Positions 24,845-34,208 of a stretch of DNA of 45,776 nt are shown piece after piece. Position 1 is the first letter of the stretch, and each line of letters starts with the position of its first letter. Both the position numbers and the translations under genes were made by a program. The stretch spans positions 1-45,776 of the forward strand of contig JAUVJB010000001.1 of the NCBI GenBank assembly GCA_030592465.1. The letters are read 5' to 3'. The DNA comes from Bacteroidota bacterium. GTDB taxonomy: Bacteria > Bacteroidota > Bacteroidia > Bacteroidales > B39-G9. The notes below the pieces were generated by a model, which made no database searches, was not told where the DNA came from, and saw only the letters and a program-made list of their open reading frames with translations.

Positions 24845-26368
24845 ATGAGCAGTTTAAAAAAAATAAAAACAGCATTAATTTCAGTTTATAATAAAGAAAA
24901 TCTTGCACCTTTAATAAAAAAATTAAACCAATTGAATATTAAGATATATTCAACAGGCGGAACACAAAAATTTATTGAAAATTTAAAAGTTGATGTAAGC
25001 TCAGTTGAAGAACTTACAACATATCCTTCAATTTTAGGAGGAAGAGTTAAAACATTACACCCGAAAATTTTTGGAGGTATCTTATCACGTCGCTCTAACG
25101 AAAGTGATAAAATAGAACTCAATAAATATGAAATTCCTGAAATTGATTTAGTTATTGTTAACCTTTATCCCTTTAAAGAAACTGTTGCATCAGGAGCTAA
25201 TGAAGATGAAATTATTGAAAAAATTGATATCGGAGGAATTTCTTTAATAAGGGCAGCTGCCAAAAATTATAAAGATGTACTAATTATTAGCTCACGACAT
25301 CAATACAACTTATTATTAGACTTGTTAAACCAACACAATGGTGCAACATCATTAGAAGAAAGGAAAATTTTTGCTCGTCAAGCTTTTAATATTTCATCAG
25401 ATTATGATACAGCAATTTTTAATTATTTTAATAAAGACAAGCTTAATGTTTTTAAACAAAGCATTACAACATCAACAGCATTAAGATATGGGGAAAACCC
25501 ACACCAGAAAGGTGTTTTCTTTGGTGAATTTGATAAATTATTTGATAAGCTAAACGGAAAAGAAATTTCATATAATAACTTAGTTGATATTGATGCGGCT
25601 GTTAAATTAATAAATGAGTTTAACGAAACGACATTTGTTATTATGAAACATAATAATGCATGTGGTGTTGCATCACGACCAAAATTAATAGATGCGTGGA
25701 AAGAAGCTTTATCGGGTGATCCTGTTTCAGCTTTTGGCGGAATTCTTATTACGAATACTAAATTAGATAAAGAAACATCTGTTGAAATAAACAAATTATT
25801 CTTTGAAGTAATAATAGCTCCGGAATACGAAAGTGAAGCTTTTGAAATATTACGTCAAAACAAAAAACGAATAATACTCATTCAAAAAGATTTTGATTTT
25901 CCAAAAACCCAATTCAGGTCACTATTAAATGGTGTAATAGCTCAGAATGTAGATACAAGAATTGAATCTGAAAAAGATATGAAAGTTATAACAGAACTTG
26001 CACCAACAAAAGAAGAAATAATTGATTTGCAATTTGCAAACATAATAGTTAAGCATTCAAAATCAAATTCAATAGTTCTTGCTAAAAACAAAAAACTTTC
26101 AGCAAGCGGTGTAGGTCAAACATCACGCGTTGATGCACTAAAACAAGCAATAGACAAAGCCAATTCTTTTGGGAACGAACTCATTGGAGGAGTAATTGCT
26201 TCAGATGCCTTCTTCCCTTTTGGGGATTCTGTTGAAATAGCTCATAATGCCGGCATAACATCAGTTATTCAACCCGGAGGTTCAATTAGAGATAAAGAAT
26301 CTATTGATTTTTGCAATAATAATAACATGTCAATGGTTTTTACAGAAATAAGACATTTTAAACACTAA
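24845..26368 (+). CDS. purH: Bifunctional AICAR transformylase / IMP cyclohydrolase
   Basis: MGS-like N-terminus ALISVYNKENL...STGGT, VKTLHPKIFGGIL, and C-terminal VIQPGGSIRD. Confidence 0.97.
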   Translation: MSSLKKIKTALISVYNKENLAPLIKKLNQLNIKIYSTGGTQKFIENLKVDVSSVEELTTYPSILGGRVKTLHPKIFGGILSRRSNESDKIELNKYEIPEIDLVIVNLYPFKETVASGANEDEIIEKIDIGGISLIRAAAKNYKDVLIISSRHQYNLLLDLLNQHNGATSLEERKIFARQAFNISSDYDTAIFNYFNKDKLNVFKQSITTSTALRYGENPHQKGVFFGEFDKLFDKLNGKEISYNNLVDIDAAVKLINEFNETTFVIMKHNNACGVASRPKLIDAWKEALSGDPVSAFGGILITNTKLDKETSVEINKLFFEVIIAPEYESEAFEILRQNKKRIILIQKDFDFPKTQFRSLLNGVIAQNVDTRIESEKDMKVITELAPTKEEIIDLQFANIIVKHSKSNSIVLAKNKKLSASGVGQTSRVDALKQAIDKANSFGNELIGGVIASDAFFPFGDSVEIAHNAGITSVIQPGGSIRDKESIDFCNNNNMSMVFTEIRHFKH

Positions 26369-26386
26369 TTTTAAATTAACAAATAG

Positions 26387-27409
26387 ATGGGATTATTTTC
26401 ATTTTTAACACAAGAAATTGCAATTGATTTAGGTACTGCTAATACAATTATTATCCATAATGATAAAATTGTGGTTGATGAGCCTTCAATTGTTGCAATA
26501 GACCAAAATACAAAAAAAGTAATTGCAATAGGTACGCAAGCCCGACAGATGCAGGGAAAAACACCTGACTATATAAAAACAATACGACCTTTACGTGATG
26601 GTGTAATTGCAGATTTTAACGCAGCCGAGCAAATGATTCGCGGCATGATTAAAATGATTGATAATAAACCGAGATTATTCTCTCCTGCACTTAAAATTGT
26701 TGTATGTATTCCATCAGGCAGTACCGAAGTAGAATTACGAGCTGTAAGAGATTCTTCAGAGCATGCCGGAGGTAGAGAGGTTTATCTTATTTACGAACCA
26801 ATGGCAGCAGCATTAGGATTAGGTATTGATGTTGAAGCTCCTGAAGGAAACATGGTTGTTGATATTGGTGGTGGCACAACTGAAATTGCAGTAATCTCAT
26901 TAGGCGGTATTGTCAGTAATAAATCAATTCGTATTGCAGGTGATGATTTAACTGCTGATATTAAAGAATATATGAGGCATCAACATAATATTAAAATCGG
27001 CGAACGAACAGCCGAAGACATTAAAATTAATGTTGGTTCATCGCTAACTGATATTGAGGATGCTCCACCTGATTATATTGTTAGAGGCCCTCATCAAATG
27101 ACTGCTCTTCCAATTGAAATTCCTGTTTCATATCAAGAAATTGCACACTGTTTAGATAGATCACTTAACAAAGTTGAAGCCGCCATTTTATCAACTTTAG
27201 AACAAACACCTCCTGAATTATATGCTGATGTATTAAAAAACGGGGTATTTCTTACCGGTGGTGGAGCTTTACTTAGAGGATTAGATAAAAGATTGAGCGA
27301 AAAAACTAAAATAAAATTTCATATAGCAGAAGATCCTCTTCATGCAGTTGCAAGAGGTGCGGGTATTGCTCTTAAAAATGTTGATAAATTTCCTTTTTTA
27401 ATGAGATAG
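26387..27409 (+). CDS. mreB: Rod shape-determining actin homologue MreB
   Basis: IAIDLGTANT, DIGGGTTEIAVISLGG and GGGALLRGLD motifs. Confidence 0.97.
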   Translation: MGLFSFLTQEIAIDLGTANTIIIHNDKIVVDEPSIVAIDQNTKKVIAIGTQARQMQGKTPDYIKTIRPLRDGVIADFNAAEQMIRGMIKMIDNKPRLFSPALKIVVCIPSGSTEVELRAVRDSSEHAGGREVYLIYEPMAAALGLGIDVEAPEGNMVVDIGGGTTEIAVISLGGIVSNKSIRIAGDDLTADIKEYMRHQHNIKIGERTAEDIKINVGSSLTDIEDAPPDYIVRGPHQMTALPIEIPVSYQEIAHCLDRSLNKVEAAILSTLEQTPPELYADVLKNGVFLTGGGALLRGLDKRLSEKTKIKFHIAEDPLHAVARGAGIALKNVDKFPFLMR

Positions 27410-27573
27410 AATAAAGTAAAAAGACTAAAATAAAAAATATTTCAAAATTATTTTTTTCTATATATTTTTTTTACTTTATACTTTGAATTTTTTAGCCCCT
27501 GTTAAATAATTGCTTTGCATTTCACAGGGTAAACTTTAGCCTTTAATTTGAATATTCTTTTTACTTGTTATAG

Positions 27574-28404
27574 ATGAGGACATTAGTTAAATTTTTCTTA
27601 AGATATTATTACTTTTTACTATTTCTTACGTTTGAAATTTTTTCAATATTCCTTGTTATAGAAAATAATAATTATCAAAAAACCTTATTTCTGAATTCTG
27701 CAAACTTCTTTTCAGGGAATATCTACAAAGGCATCGCTAATTTAACTTCGTATATTAATCTAAAACAAACAAACGAAGAATTATCAGCCGAAAATACACG
27801 TTTAAACAACATTCTAAAAAATTCATATAAAACTAATGAAATCTCATTGCTTGAAATTTATGATTCTACTTATTTTCAACAATACACAACAACAGCAGCT
27901 CAAGTTATTAATAACTCTGTAAATCGACAAAATAATTATTTAACAATAGACAAAGGTGAAAAACAAGGTATTTCTCCTGAAATGGCTGTAATATCGCCCA
28001 AGGGCATTGTCGGAATAGTAACAAATGTTTCAAATAACTTTGCTTCAGTAATATCTATCTTAAATACAAACATGCGTATAAGTGCAATGATTAAAAAAAA
28101 CGGGTGTTTTGGTTCTCTCGTTTGGGATGGAAAAAATTACAGAGAAACTATTTTAAAAGATATTCCTAATCATGTTAAAATAAATATAGGCGATACAATA
28201 ATAACAAGCGGATATTCCTCAATATTTCCAAAAGGGAAATTAATTGGGGTTATATCTGATTTTAAACAAAAAAAAGGTGGTAACTTTTATTTAATTACGG
28301 TTAAATTATCAACAAATTTTAAAAAACTTTCTTATGTTTATGTTATTGGTAATTTCCTAAAACAAGAACAAAAAGATTTAGAAAAAATATCAGAGAATGA
28401 TTAA
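27574..28404 (+). CDS. mreC: Rod shape-determining protein MreC
   Basis: N-terminal TM, coiled coil (LKQTNEELSAENTRLNN), then beta-barrel domains (GIVGIVTNVSNNFASV, GDTIITSG). Position between mreB and mreD. Confidence 0.9.
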   Translation: MRTLVKFFLRYYYFLLFLTFEIFSIFLVIENNNYQKTLFLNSANFFSGNIYKGIANLTSYINLKQTNEELSAENTRLNNILKNSYKTNEISLLEIYDSTYFQQYTTTAAQVINNSVNRQNNYLTIDKGEKQGISPEMAVISPKGIVGIVTNVSNNFASVISILNTNMRISAMIKKNGCFGSLVWDGKNYRETILKDIPNHVKINIGDTIITSGYSSIFPKGKLIGVISDFKQKKGGNFYLITVKLSTNFKKLSYVYVIGNFLKQEQKDLEKISEND

Positions 28405-28903
28405 ATTTATATTAAGAAATATATGGCGATTTGTAATTTTAGTAATTCTGCAAATAGTAATATTTAATAATATTCAATTTAGCGGTTACATCAATCCTTA
28501 TATCTATGTATTATTCATTTTATTACTTCCTTTTGAAACACCAAAGTGGCTTTTAATATTATCATCATTTTTATTAGGCTTGTCAATTGATATTTTCTCA
28601 AACACTTTAGGCATGCATGCAGCTGCCTGTGTATTTATGGCTTTTATGCGACCCCATGTTTTGCAATATATCTCACCTCGTGAAGGATATGAAGCAAGTT
28701 CATTACCTCGTATCTCTTATTACGGGTTTAATTGGTTCATTAAATATTCTATAACATTAATTTTAGCACATCATATTTTTTTATTTTATATTGAAGTTTT
28801 TACTTTTTCAGGGTACTTTTTTACATTATCAAGAGCTTTATTAAGTTCTTTATTTTCAATTATTCTTATTGTCTTTAGTCAGTATGTTATTTATAGAAAA
28901 TAG
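28397..28903 (+). CDS. mreD: Rod shape-determining protein MreD
   Basis: Polytopic 168-aa membrane protein. It overlaps the mreC stop by 8 nt and sits at the canonical operon position. Confidence 0.85.
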   Translation: MIKFILRNIWRFVILVILQIVIFNNIQFSGYINPYIYVLFILLLPFETPKWLLILSSFLLGLSIDIFSNTLGMHAAACVFMAFMRPHVLQYISPREGYEASSLPRISYYGFNWFIKYSITLILAHHIFLFYIEVFTFSGYFFTLSRALLSSLFSIILIVFSQYVIYRK

Positions 28904-28977
28904 TTGTGAGATTGTGAAGTTGTGAAGTTGTGAAATCTTAAATCATAAATCTAAATTCTAAATTGTTCAATTGCTAA

Positions 28978-30822
28978 ATGGATATTTATAAGCAAAGGAA
29001 ATATTTTATTCAAATAATATTTATACTCGTCGGTGTAGTATATATAATACGTTTGTTCGCATTACAGATGGTTGACGCGTCTTACAAAATTTCGGCAAGT
29101 AATAATGTTTTAAGATACATTACGCAATACCCTGCCCGAGGATTAGTATATGACAGAAACAATGAATTGCTTGTATATAACCAAGCAACTTATGACTTAA
29201 TGTTAGTACCGCGGCAACTTACATCTTTCGACACTACAAATCTTTGTAATATTATAAATATTTCAAAGCCGCAATTAATCGAAAAAATTAACAAAGCAAA
29301 ACACTATTCATATTTTAAACCTTCACTTTTTTTAAAGCAGATGTCGTCTGTAACTTATGCCGATTTACAAGAGAAGCTATATAAGTTTCATGGTTTTTTT
29401 GTTCAAACAAGAACCTTAAGGAAATACCCGAAAAAATTTGCAGCACATGCATTAGGCTATGTAGGTGAAGTTGACAAGGCTATTACCAAAAAACACAAAT
29501 ATTATAATCTTGGAGATTATATAGGTATAAGTGGAATTGAAAAATCATACGAAAAAGAACTCAGAGGTAAAAAAGGAGTGCAAATATTTCTTGTTGACGT
29601 TCATAACAGGATAAAAGGTAATTACAAAAAAGGAAAATATGACACGAGTGCTGTTGCCGGTGCAAACTTAACAACCACATTAGATGCGACTTTGCAAGCT
29701 TATGGTGAAAAACTAATGCAAAATAAAAAAGGTAGTATTGTTGCCATTGAACCATCAACCGGTGAAATATTAACTATAGTAACGAGCCCATCGTACAACC
29801 CTAACCTACTTATTGGTAGAATAAGAACAGAAAACTACTTAAAATTACTTAAAGACACATTAAAGCCCTTGTTTAACCGTGCATTGATGGCAAAATATCC
29901 TCCCGGCTCAACATTTAAGATAATTACTGCTTTAGTAGGATTACAAGAAAAAGTGCTTTATAAAAGTACACAATACTCTTGTCATGGAGGTTATCACTCA
30001 GGCAGAGTAACAGTTAGATGCCACTACCACCCATCACCATTAAACTTAATTCATGCAATTCAATATTCGTGCAACACTTATTTTTGTAATGTTTACAGAA
30101 ACATTATTGATAATTCCGAATTTGCATCTACCGATGAAGGTTTTAAAGTTTGGAGAGACGATGTTACATCGTTTGGTTTTGGCAATAAATTAGGTTCTGA
30201 TTTTCCCAACGAACTAAGTGGGAATATTCCTACATCTGCATATTATGATAAATATTACGGACAAGGGCATTGGAGTTCTCTCACAACAATATCGCTTGCC
30301 ATTGGGCAAGGAGAATTAGGAATTACTCCTCTGCAAATGGCAAACATGACAAGCACTGTTGCTAATCGAGGATTTTACTATACCCCTCATATTGTAAAAA
30401 ATATCAGCAACAAAAAAAGTATTGATGAAAAATTTTTTGTTAAACACTATACAAAAATAGATTCATCATATTTCCCGATAGTTATTGACGGCATGGAAAA
30501 AGTTGTTAATGGCGAAGCAGGAAGCACAGCGAGAATTGCAAAAATTAATGACATTATTGTTTGCGGTAAAACAGGAACAGCTCAAAACCCACATGGTGAT
30601 AATCATTCAATTTTTATAGCATTTGCTCCAAAAGACGATCCTAAAATAGCTGTTGCCGTATTTATTGAAAATGGAGGATATGGTGCAAGATGGGCTGCTC
30701 CTACTGCCAGCTTAATGATTGAAAAATATATAAAAAAAAGCGTTTCCAGAAAATGGTTAGAAAACTATATACTAAATTGTGATTTAATAAATGTACAAAC
30801 GCAAGACAAACATATGGAATAA
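28978..30822 (+). CDS. mrdA: Penicillin-binding protein 2 (elongasome transpeptidase)
   Basis: SxxK (PGSTFKIITAL), SxN (YSCN) and KTG (CGKTGTAQ) in order. N-terminal TM anchor. Confidence 0.95.
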   Translation: MDIYKQRKYFIQIIFILVGVVYIIRLFALQMVDASYKISASNNVLRYITQYPARGLVYDRNNELLVYNQATYDLMLVPRQLTSFDTTNLCNIINISKPQLIEKINKAKHYSYFKPSLFLKQMSSVTYADLQEKLYKFHGFFVQTRTLRKYPKKFAAHALGYVGEVDKAITKKHKYYNLGDYIGISGIEKSYEKELRGKKGVQIFLVDVHNRIKGNYKKGKYDTSAVAGANLTTTLDATLQAYGEKLMQNKKGSIVAIEPSTGEILTIVTSPSYNPNLLIGRIRTENYLKLLKDTLKPLFNRALMAKYPPGSTFKIITALVGLQEKVLYKSTQYSCHGGYHSGRVTVRCHYHPSPLNLIHAIQYSCNTYFCNVYRNIIDNSEFASTDEGFKVWRDDVTSFGFGNKLGSDFPNELSGNIPTSAYYDKYYGQGHWSSLTTISLAIGQGELGITPLQMANMTSTVANRGFYYTPHIVKNISNKKSIDEKFFVKHYTKIDSSYFPIVIDGMEKVVNGEAGSTARIAKINDIIVCGKTGTAQNPHGDNHSIFIAFAPKDDPKIAVAVFIENGGYGARWAAPTASLMIEKYIKKSVSRKWLENYILNCDLINVQTQDKHME

Positions 30823-32218
30823 TATTGACTGGCTAACAGTTGTATTATATCTAATATTAATTACTTTTGGATGGATAAATATCTACTCAGCAGTATATAA
30901 TGATGGTCATCAAAGCATTTTTGACATAACACAACGCTATGGGAAACAACTGCTATGGATTTCTGCTTCTTTTATCTTAATTCTTATAGTATTTTTGATT
31001 GATGTGAAATTTTATAGTTTTTTTGCATATATTATTTACTTTGCCACAATTCTATTACTAATATCTGTGTTATTTTTGGGGAAAGAAATACATGGAGCTC
31101 GCTCATGGTTTGTAATTGGCAACTTTAGATTTCAACCCGCCGAATTTGCTAAAGTAGCAACAAGTATTGTTCTATCTAAATATATTAGCTCTTTTAATCT
31201 AAAGATTAAAAAATTTAAAACACTGTTTACTATTGCTGCTATTATACTTACTCCTGTTGCCTTAATTTTCTTACAAAACGATACAGGCTCTGCTTTAGTC
31301 TATTTTGTTTTTATTCTTGTTTTGTATCGCGAAGGATTATCAATAAATTATATTTTTATTGGAATATTAATTACTGCTCTTTTTATTGCTTCTCTTTTAG
31401 TTGATAAGTTAATAATATTTTTTTCAATAGAGATAATTGCTTTAATTATTTTCATCTTAAGAAATAAAAATATTAAACATATTATTATAGCATTAATAAC
31501 TATTTCATTAACTACATTTATTGTTTGGAAAATTAACAATCTTTTCAATTATAACCTGTCGTTTTATATAGTCAACTTAATCGGATTAACTATATCATCA
31601 ATAATATTGAGTATTATAGCTTATTGGCATAAAATGAATTACATTTTTATAATACTTGGAGTTTTATATTCATCAATAATATTTTCAAACTCAGTTGACT
31701 ATTTTTTTAATAATATATTAGAACCTCATCAACAAAAAAGAATAAATATCCTTCTAAGAATTGAAAACGACCCATTAGGTACAGGCTATAATGTAAATCA
31801 ATCGAAAATTGCCATTGGCTCCGGAGGTTTTTCAGGAAAAGGATTTCTACAAGGCACTCAAACAAAATTTAATTTCGTTCCTGAGCAAAGTACCGACTTT
31901 ATTTTTTGCACCATTGGTGAAGAAAGAGGTTTTATTGGAACCTCTATTGTTGTTTTACTCTTTCTTTTTCTTCTGCTGCGGATAATATATCTCGCTGAAC
32001 GACAACGCTCTCGTTTTAGTAGAGTATTCGGGTACTGTGTTGCTTCAATACTATTTTTTCATATTGCCATAAATATTGGCATGACTATTGGTCTAACTCC
32101 GGTTATTGGTATTCCTTTGCCATTTTTTAGCTATGGCGGTTCCTCTCTGTGGGCTTTTACTATTTTGTTATTTATCTTTATTAGATTAGATGCAAGTCGA
32201 TTAGAACTCTTTGGATAA
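30791..32218 (+). CDS. rodA: SEDS-family peptidoglycan glycosyltransferase RodA
   Basis: IDWLTVVLYL N-terminus, FQPAEFAK, EQSTDFIF and PFFSYGGSS motifs. It overlaps mrdA by 32 nt. The central hydrophobic region makes it longer (475 aa) than enterobacterial RodA. Confidence 0.93.
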   Translation: MYKRKTNIWNNIDWLTVVLYLILITFGWINIYSAVYNDGHQSIFDITQRYGKQLLWISASFILILIVFLIDVKFYSFFAYIIYFATILLLISVLFLGKEIHGARSWFVIGNFRFQPAEFAKVATSIVLSKYISSFNLKIKKFKTLFTIAAIILTPVALIFLQNDTGSALVYFVFILVLYREGLSINYIFIGILITALFIASLLVDKLIIFFSIEIIALIIFILRNKNIKHIIIALITISLTTFIVWKINNLFNYNLSFYIVNLIGLTISSIILSIIAYWHKMNYIFIILGVLYSSIIFSNSVDYFFNNILEPHQQKRINILLRIENDPLGTGYNVNQSKIAIGSGGFSGKGFLQGTQTKFNFVPEQSTDFIFCTIGEERGFIGTSIVVLLFLFLLLRIIYLAERQRSRFSRVFGYCVASILFFHIAINIGMTIGLTPVIGIPLPFFSYGGSSLWAFTILLFIFIRLDASRLELFG

Positions 32219-32354
32219 ATTTATTTTTAATTAATTTCTCAACTATTTATTCTCACTTTTTTATAGATACTAATATTTTTTTTGAAAATAATTATTGGCT
32301 AAATTTAGATAATAATGCAAGTTTCAAGAAATAAATATAAAATTAGTAAGGAAT

Positions 32355-32390
32355 AACTATAAAATTAGTTGTATAACTAAATTTATAGTT
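32355..32390. promoter_or_regulatory. 36-bp near-perfect palindrome, candidate BlaI-family operator upstream of blaI-blaR1
   Basis: aactataaaattagttgtataactaaatttatagtt matches its own reverse complement at 32/36 positions (hand check). It is centred on TTGTATAA with TACA/TGTA-type half sites and ends 13 nt before the ATG at 32404. Confidence 0.5.
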
Positions 32391-32403
32391 GTATATTTGT
32401 TGC

Positions 32404-32790
32404 ATGAAAGAATTAACTAAAGCAGAAGAACAAATAATACAAATTCTATGGAAAATAGAAAAAGGATTTGTGAAAAATATTATTGAATACCTGCCGGAAC
32501 CGAGACCTGCATATAATACAGTCTCAACAATAATCCGTATTTTAGAGAAAAAAAGGTTTGTATCTCACAAGGCTTACGGCAAAACTTATGAATATTATCC
32601 TTTAATTAACAAAAAGGAATATACAAAAGTGTATTTTAAAAATTTTATTCACAATTATTTCAGTAATTCATTTCAACAAATGGTTTCTTTCTTTGCAAAA
32701 GAAGAAGATCTATCTCTAACAGAAATGGAAGAAATGAAAAAAATTATTGAACAAGAAATAAAGAAACAAAAAACTGACAAACATGAATAA
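32404..32790 (+). CDS. BlaI/MecI/CopY family transcriptional repressor
   Basis: MKELTKAEEQIIQILW...YNTVSTIIRILEKKRFVSHK winged-helix pattern. The 8-nt overlap with the downstream BlaR1-like gene is typical. Confidence 0.9.
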   Translation: MKELTKAEEQIIQILWKIEKGFVKNIIEYLPEPRPAYNTVSTIIRILEKKRFVSHKAYGKTYEYYPLINKKEYTKVYFKNFIHNYFSNSFQQMVSFFAKEEDLSLTEMEEMKKIIEQEIKKQKTDKHE

Positions 32791-34081
32791 TCTATCAATG
32801 TATTTAATAGAGACTGCCATTTGTTTGGTATTGTTTTATTCTATTTATCGCATTTTTCTTCAAAAAGAAACTTTATTTTTATTTAACAGATATTATTTAA
32901 TTGCTACAGCTTTACTCTCATTTATTATTCCTGCTTTAAACATCAGCTTTAGTTCAGGTTCAGAATTTATTATTTATAATAATGTATTAGACACAATTAT
33001 TGTAAGTGCAGATGGGATTGAGAAAGTTGTTAGTAATAAATTAAACACACAACAAATTCTAATTTATTTGTATGCATTTGGAGCTGTGTTTTTCTTATTT
33101 CGTTTTATTATTCAGTTGTTTCAGATTTTTTTTATTATCAAAAAAAATAAAATACAACATTCAAATAATTTAAAATTTGTAATTACAAATAAAAATATTT
33201 CTCCATTTACTTTTTTAAACATTATTTTTCTGAACAGTTCCGGAATATCAGAAAAAAACATGGAGAAAATAATTGCTCATGAGCAGGCGCATGTTAAACA
33301 ACTTCATTTTATTGATTTACTTATTGTGGAGTTGATAACAATTATTCAGTGGTTTAATCCGGTTATTTGGATGTATAGAAAATCGCTGAAAGAAGTACAT
33401 GAATACCTTGCTGACGAAGACGTTCTTAAACAGGGTTATGATTCTATTAACTATCAAAAGTTAATATTTAATTTAATTGCAGGTGATGAAAACTATAATC
33501 TTACCAGCAATTTTGATTGTTCACTAACTAAAAAAAGATTAATTATGATGACAAAAATTAAAACACCTAAATGGGCAAAACTTAAAGTATTAGTTTTATT
33601 GCCAATTGTTACAGTTTTAATTTTAGCTTTTGCTTGCTCAAAAAATGATGATAAAGCAAAAATTATTGAAAAATCTGCAAACATTGAAGAATCAGTTTCT
33701 AATGAAAAATCTGCTGCCATCGAAAACACAAAAGACCCTGTTTATTATACAGTAGATGAAATGCCAATATTTGAAGGAGGTATAAATAAACTGAAAAGTT
33801 TTATTGCAACAAACATCAAATATCCCGAACAAGCTAAAAAAGATGGCATTGAAGGCAAAGTATATGTTTCGTTTATAGTTGACAAAACAGGCAAAGTTGT
33901 TGACATTAAAGCTATACAAACAAGAAAATTAACTGATAAAAACATAAAAATAGAAGCACCATTGCTCGAAAAAGAAGCTGTAAGAGTAGTTTCTTTATTA
34001 CCTGACTGGAAACCAGGCAAAATGAAAGGAAAAGAAGTAAAGGTTAGTTTTACAGTTCCAATTAAATTTGAACTTAATTAA
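32783..34081 (+). CDS. BlaR1-like M56 metallopeptidase sensor fused to a TonB C-terminal domain
   Basis: Four N-terminal TM helices, HEXXH (HEQAHVKQLH), then a C-terminal TonB_C pattern (YPEQAKKDGIEGKVYVSFIVDKTGKVVDIKA...PGKMKGKEVKVSFTVPIKF). Confidence 0.88.
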   Translation: MNNLSMYLIETAICLVLFYSIYRIFLQKETLFLFNRYYLIATALLSFIIPALNISFSSGSEFIIYNNVLDTIIVSADGIEKVVSNKLNTQQILIYLYAFGAVFFLFRFIIQLFQIFFIIKKNKIQHSNNLKFVITNKNISPFTFLNIIFLNSSGISEKNMEKIIAHEQAHVKQLHFIDLLIVELITIIQWFNPVIWMYRKSLKEVHEYLADEDVLKQGYDSINYQKLIFNLIAGDENYNLTSNFDCSLTKKRLIMMTKIKTPKWAKLKVLVLLPIVTVLILAFACSKNDDKAKIIEKSANIEESVSNEKSAAIENTKDPVYYTVDEMPIFEGGINKLKSFIATNIKYPEQAKKDGIEGKVYVSFIVDKTGKVVDIKAIQTRKLTDKNIKIEAPLLEKEAVRVVSLLPDWKPGKMKGKEVKVSFTVPIKFELN

Positions 34082-34106
34082 ATTTTGAAAAAAAACTTTT
34101 ATTAAT

Positions 34107-34174
34107 ATAGAACACAGATGACGCAGATTAAACAGATAATCGCAGATAAAATTTAGTATCTGTGTTCTATTTTA
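34107..34174 (+). terminator. Long-stem hairpin after blaR1 (13-bp stem, large loop with CAGAT words), weak T tail
   Basis: atagaacacagat (34107-34119) pairs perfectly with atctgtgttctat (34158-34170), followed by tttt. The 38-nt loop is atypical for a simple terminator. Confidence 0.45.
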
Positions 34175-34208
34175 AAACAATTACTTGTCAAAATAAAAGC
34201 TTCTCATT

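Noticed and set aside
30791-30822. The 32-nt mrdA/rodA overlap as a sign of frameshift or pseudogenisation
   Set aside because: Both frames are intact, with full motif sets on each side. Overlapping starts are common in this operon (mreC/mreD and blaI/blaR1 also overlap by 8 nt).
32392-32399. Calling TATATTTG as the blaI -7 promoter box
   Set aside because: It lies only 4 nt before the ATG and I found no clear -33 TTG at the proper spacing, so I report only the palindrome.
33493-34020. Three overlapping minus-strand ORFs inside blaR1-TonB
   Set aside because: They lie opposite a CDS with HEXXH and TonB_C motifs, and none has a plausible start context.
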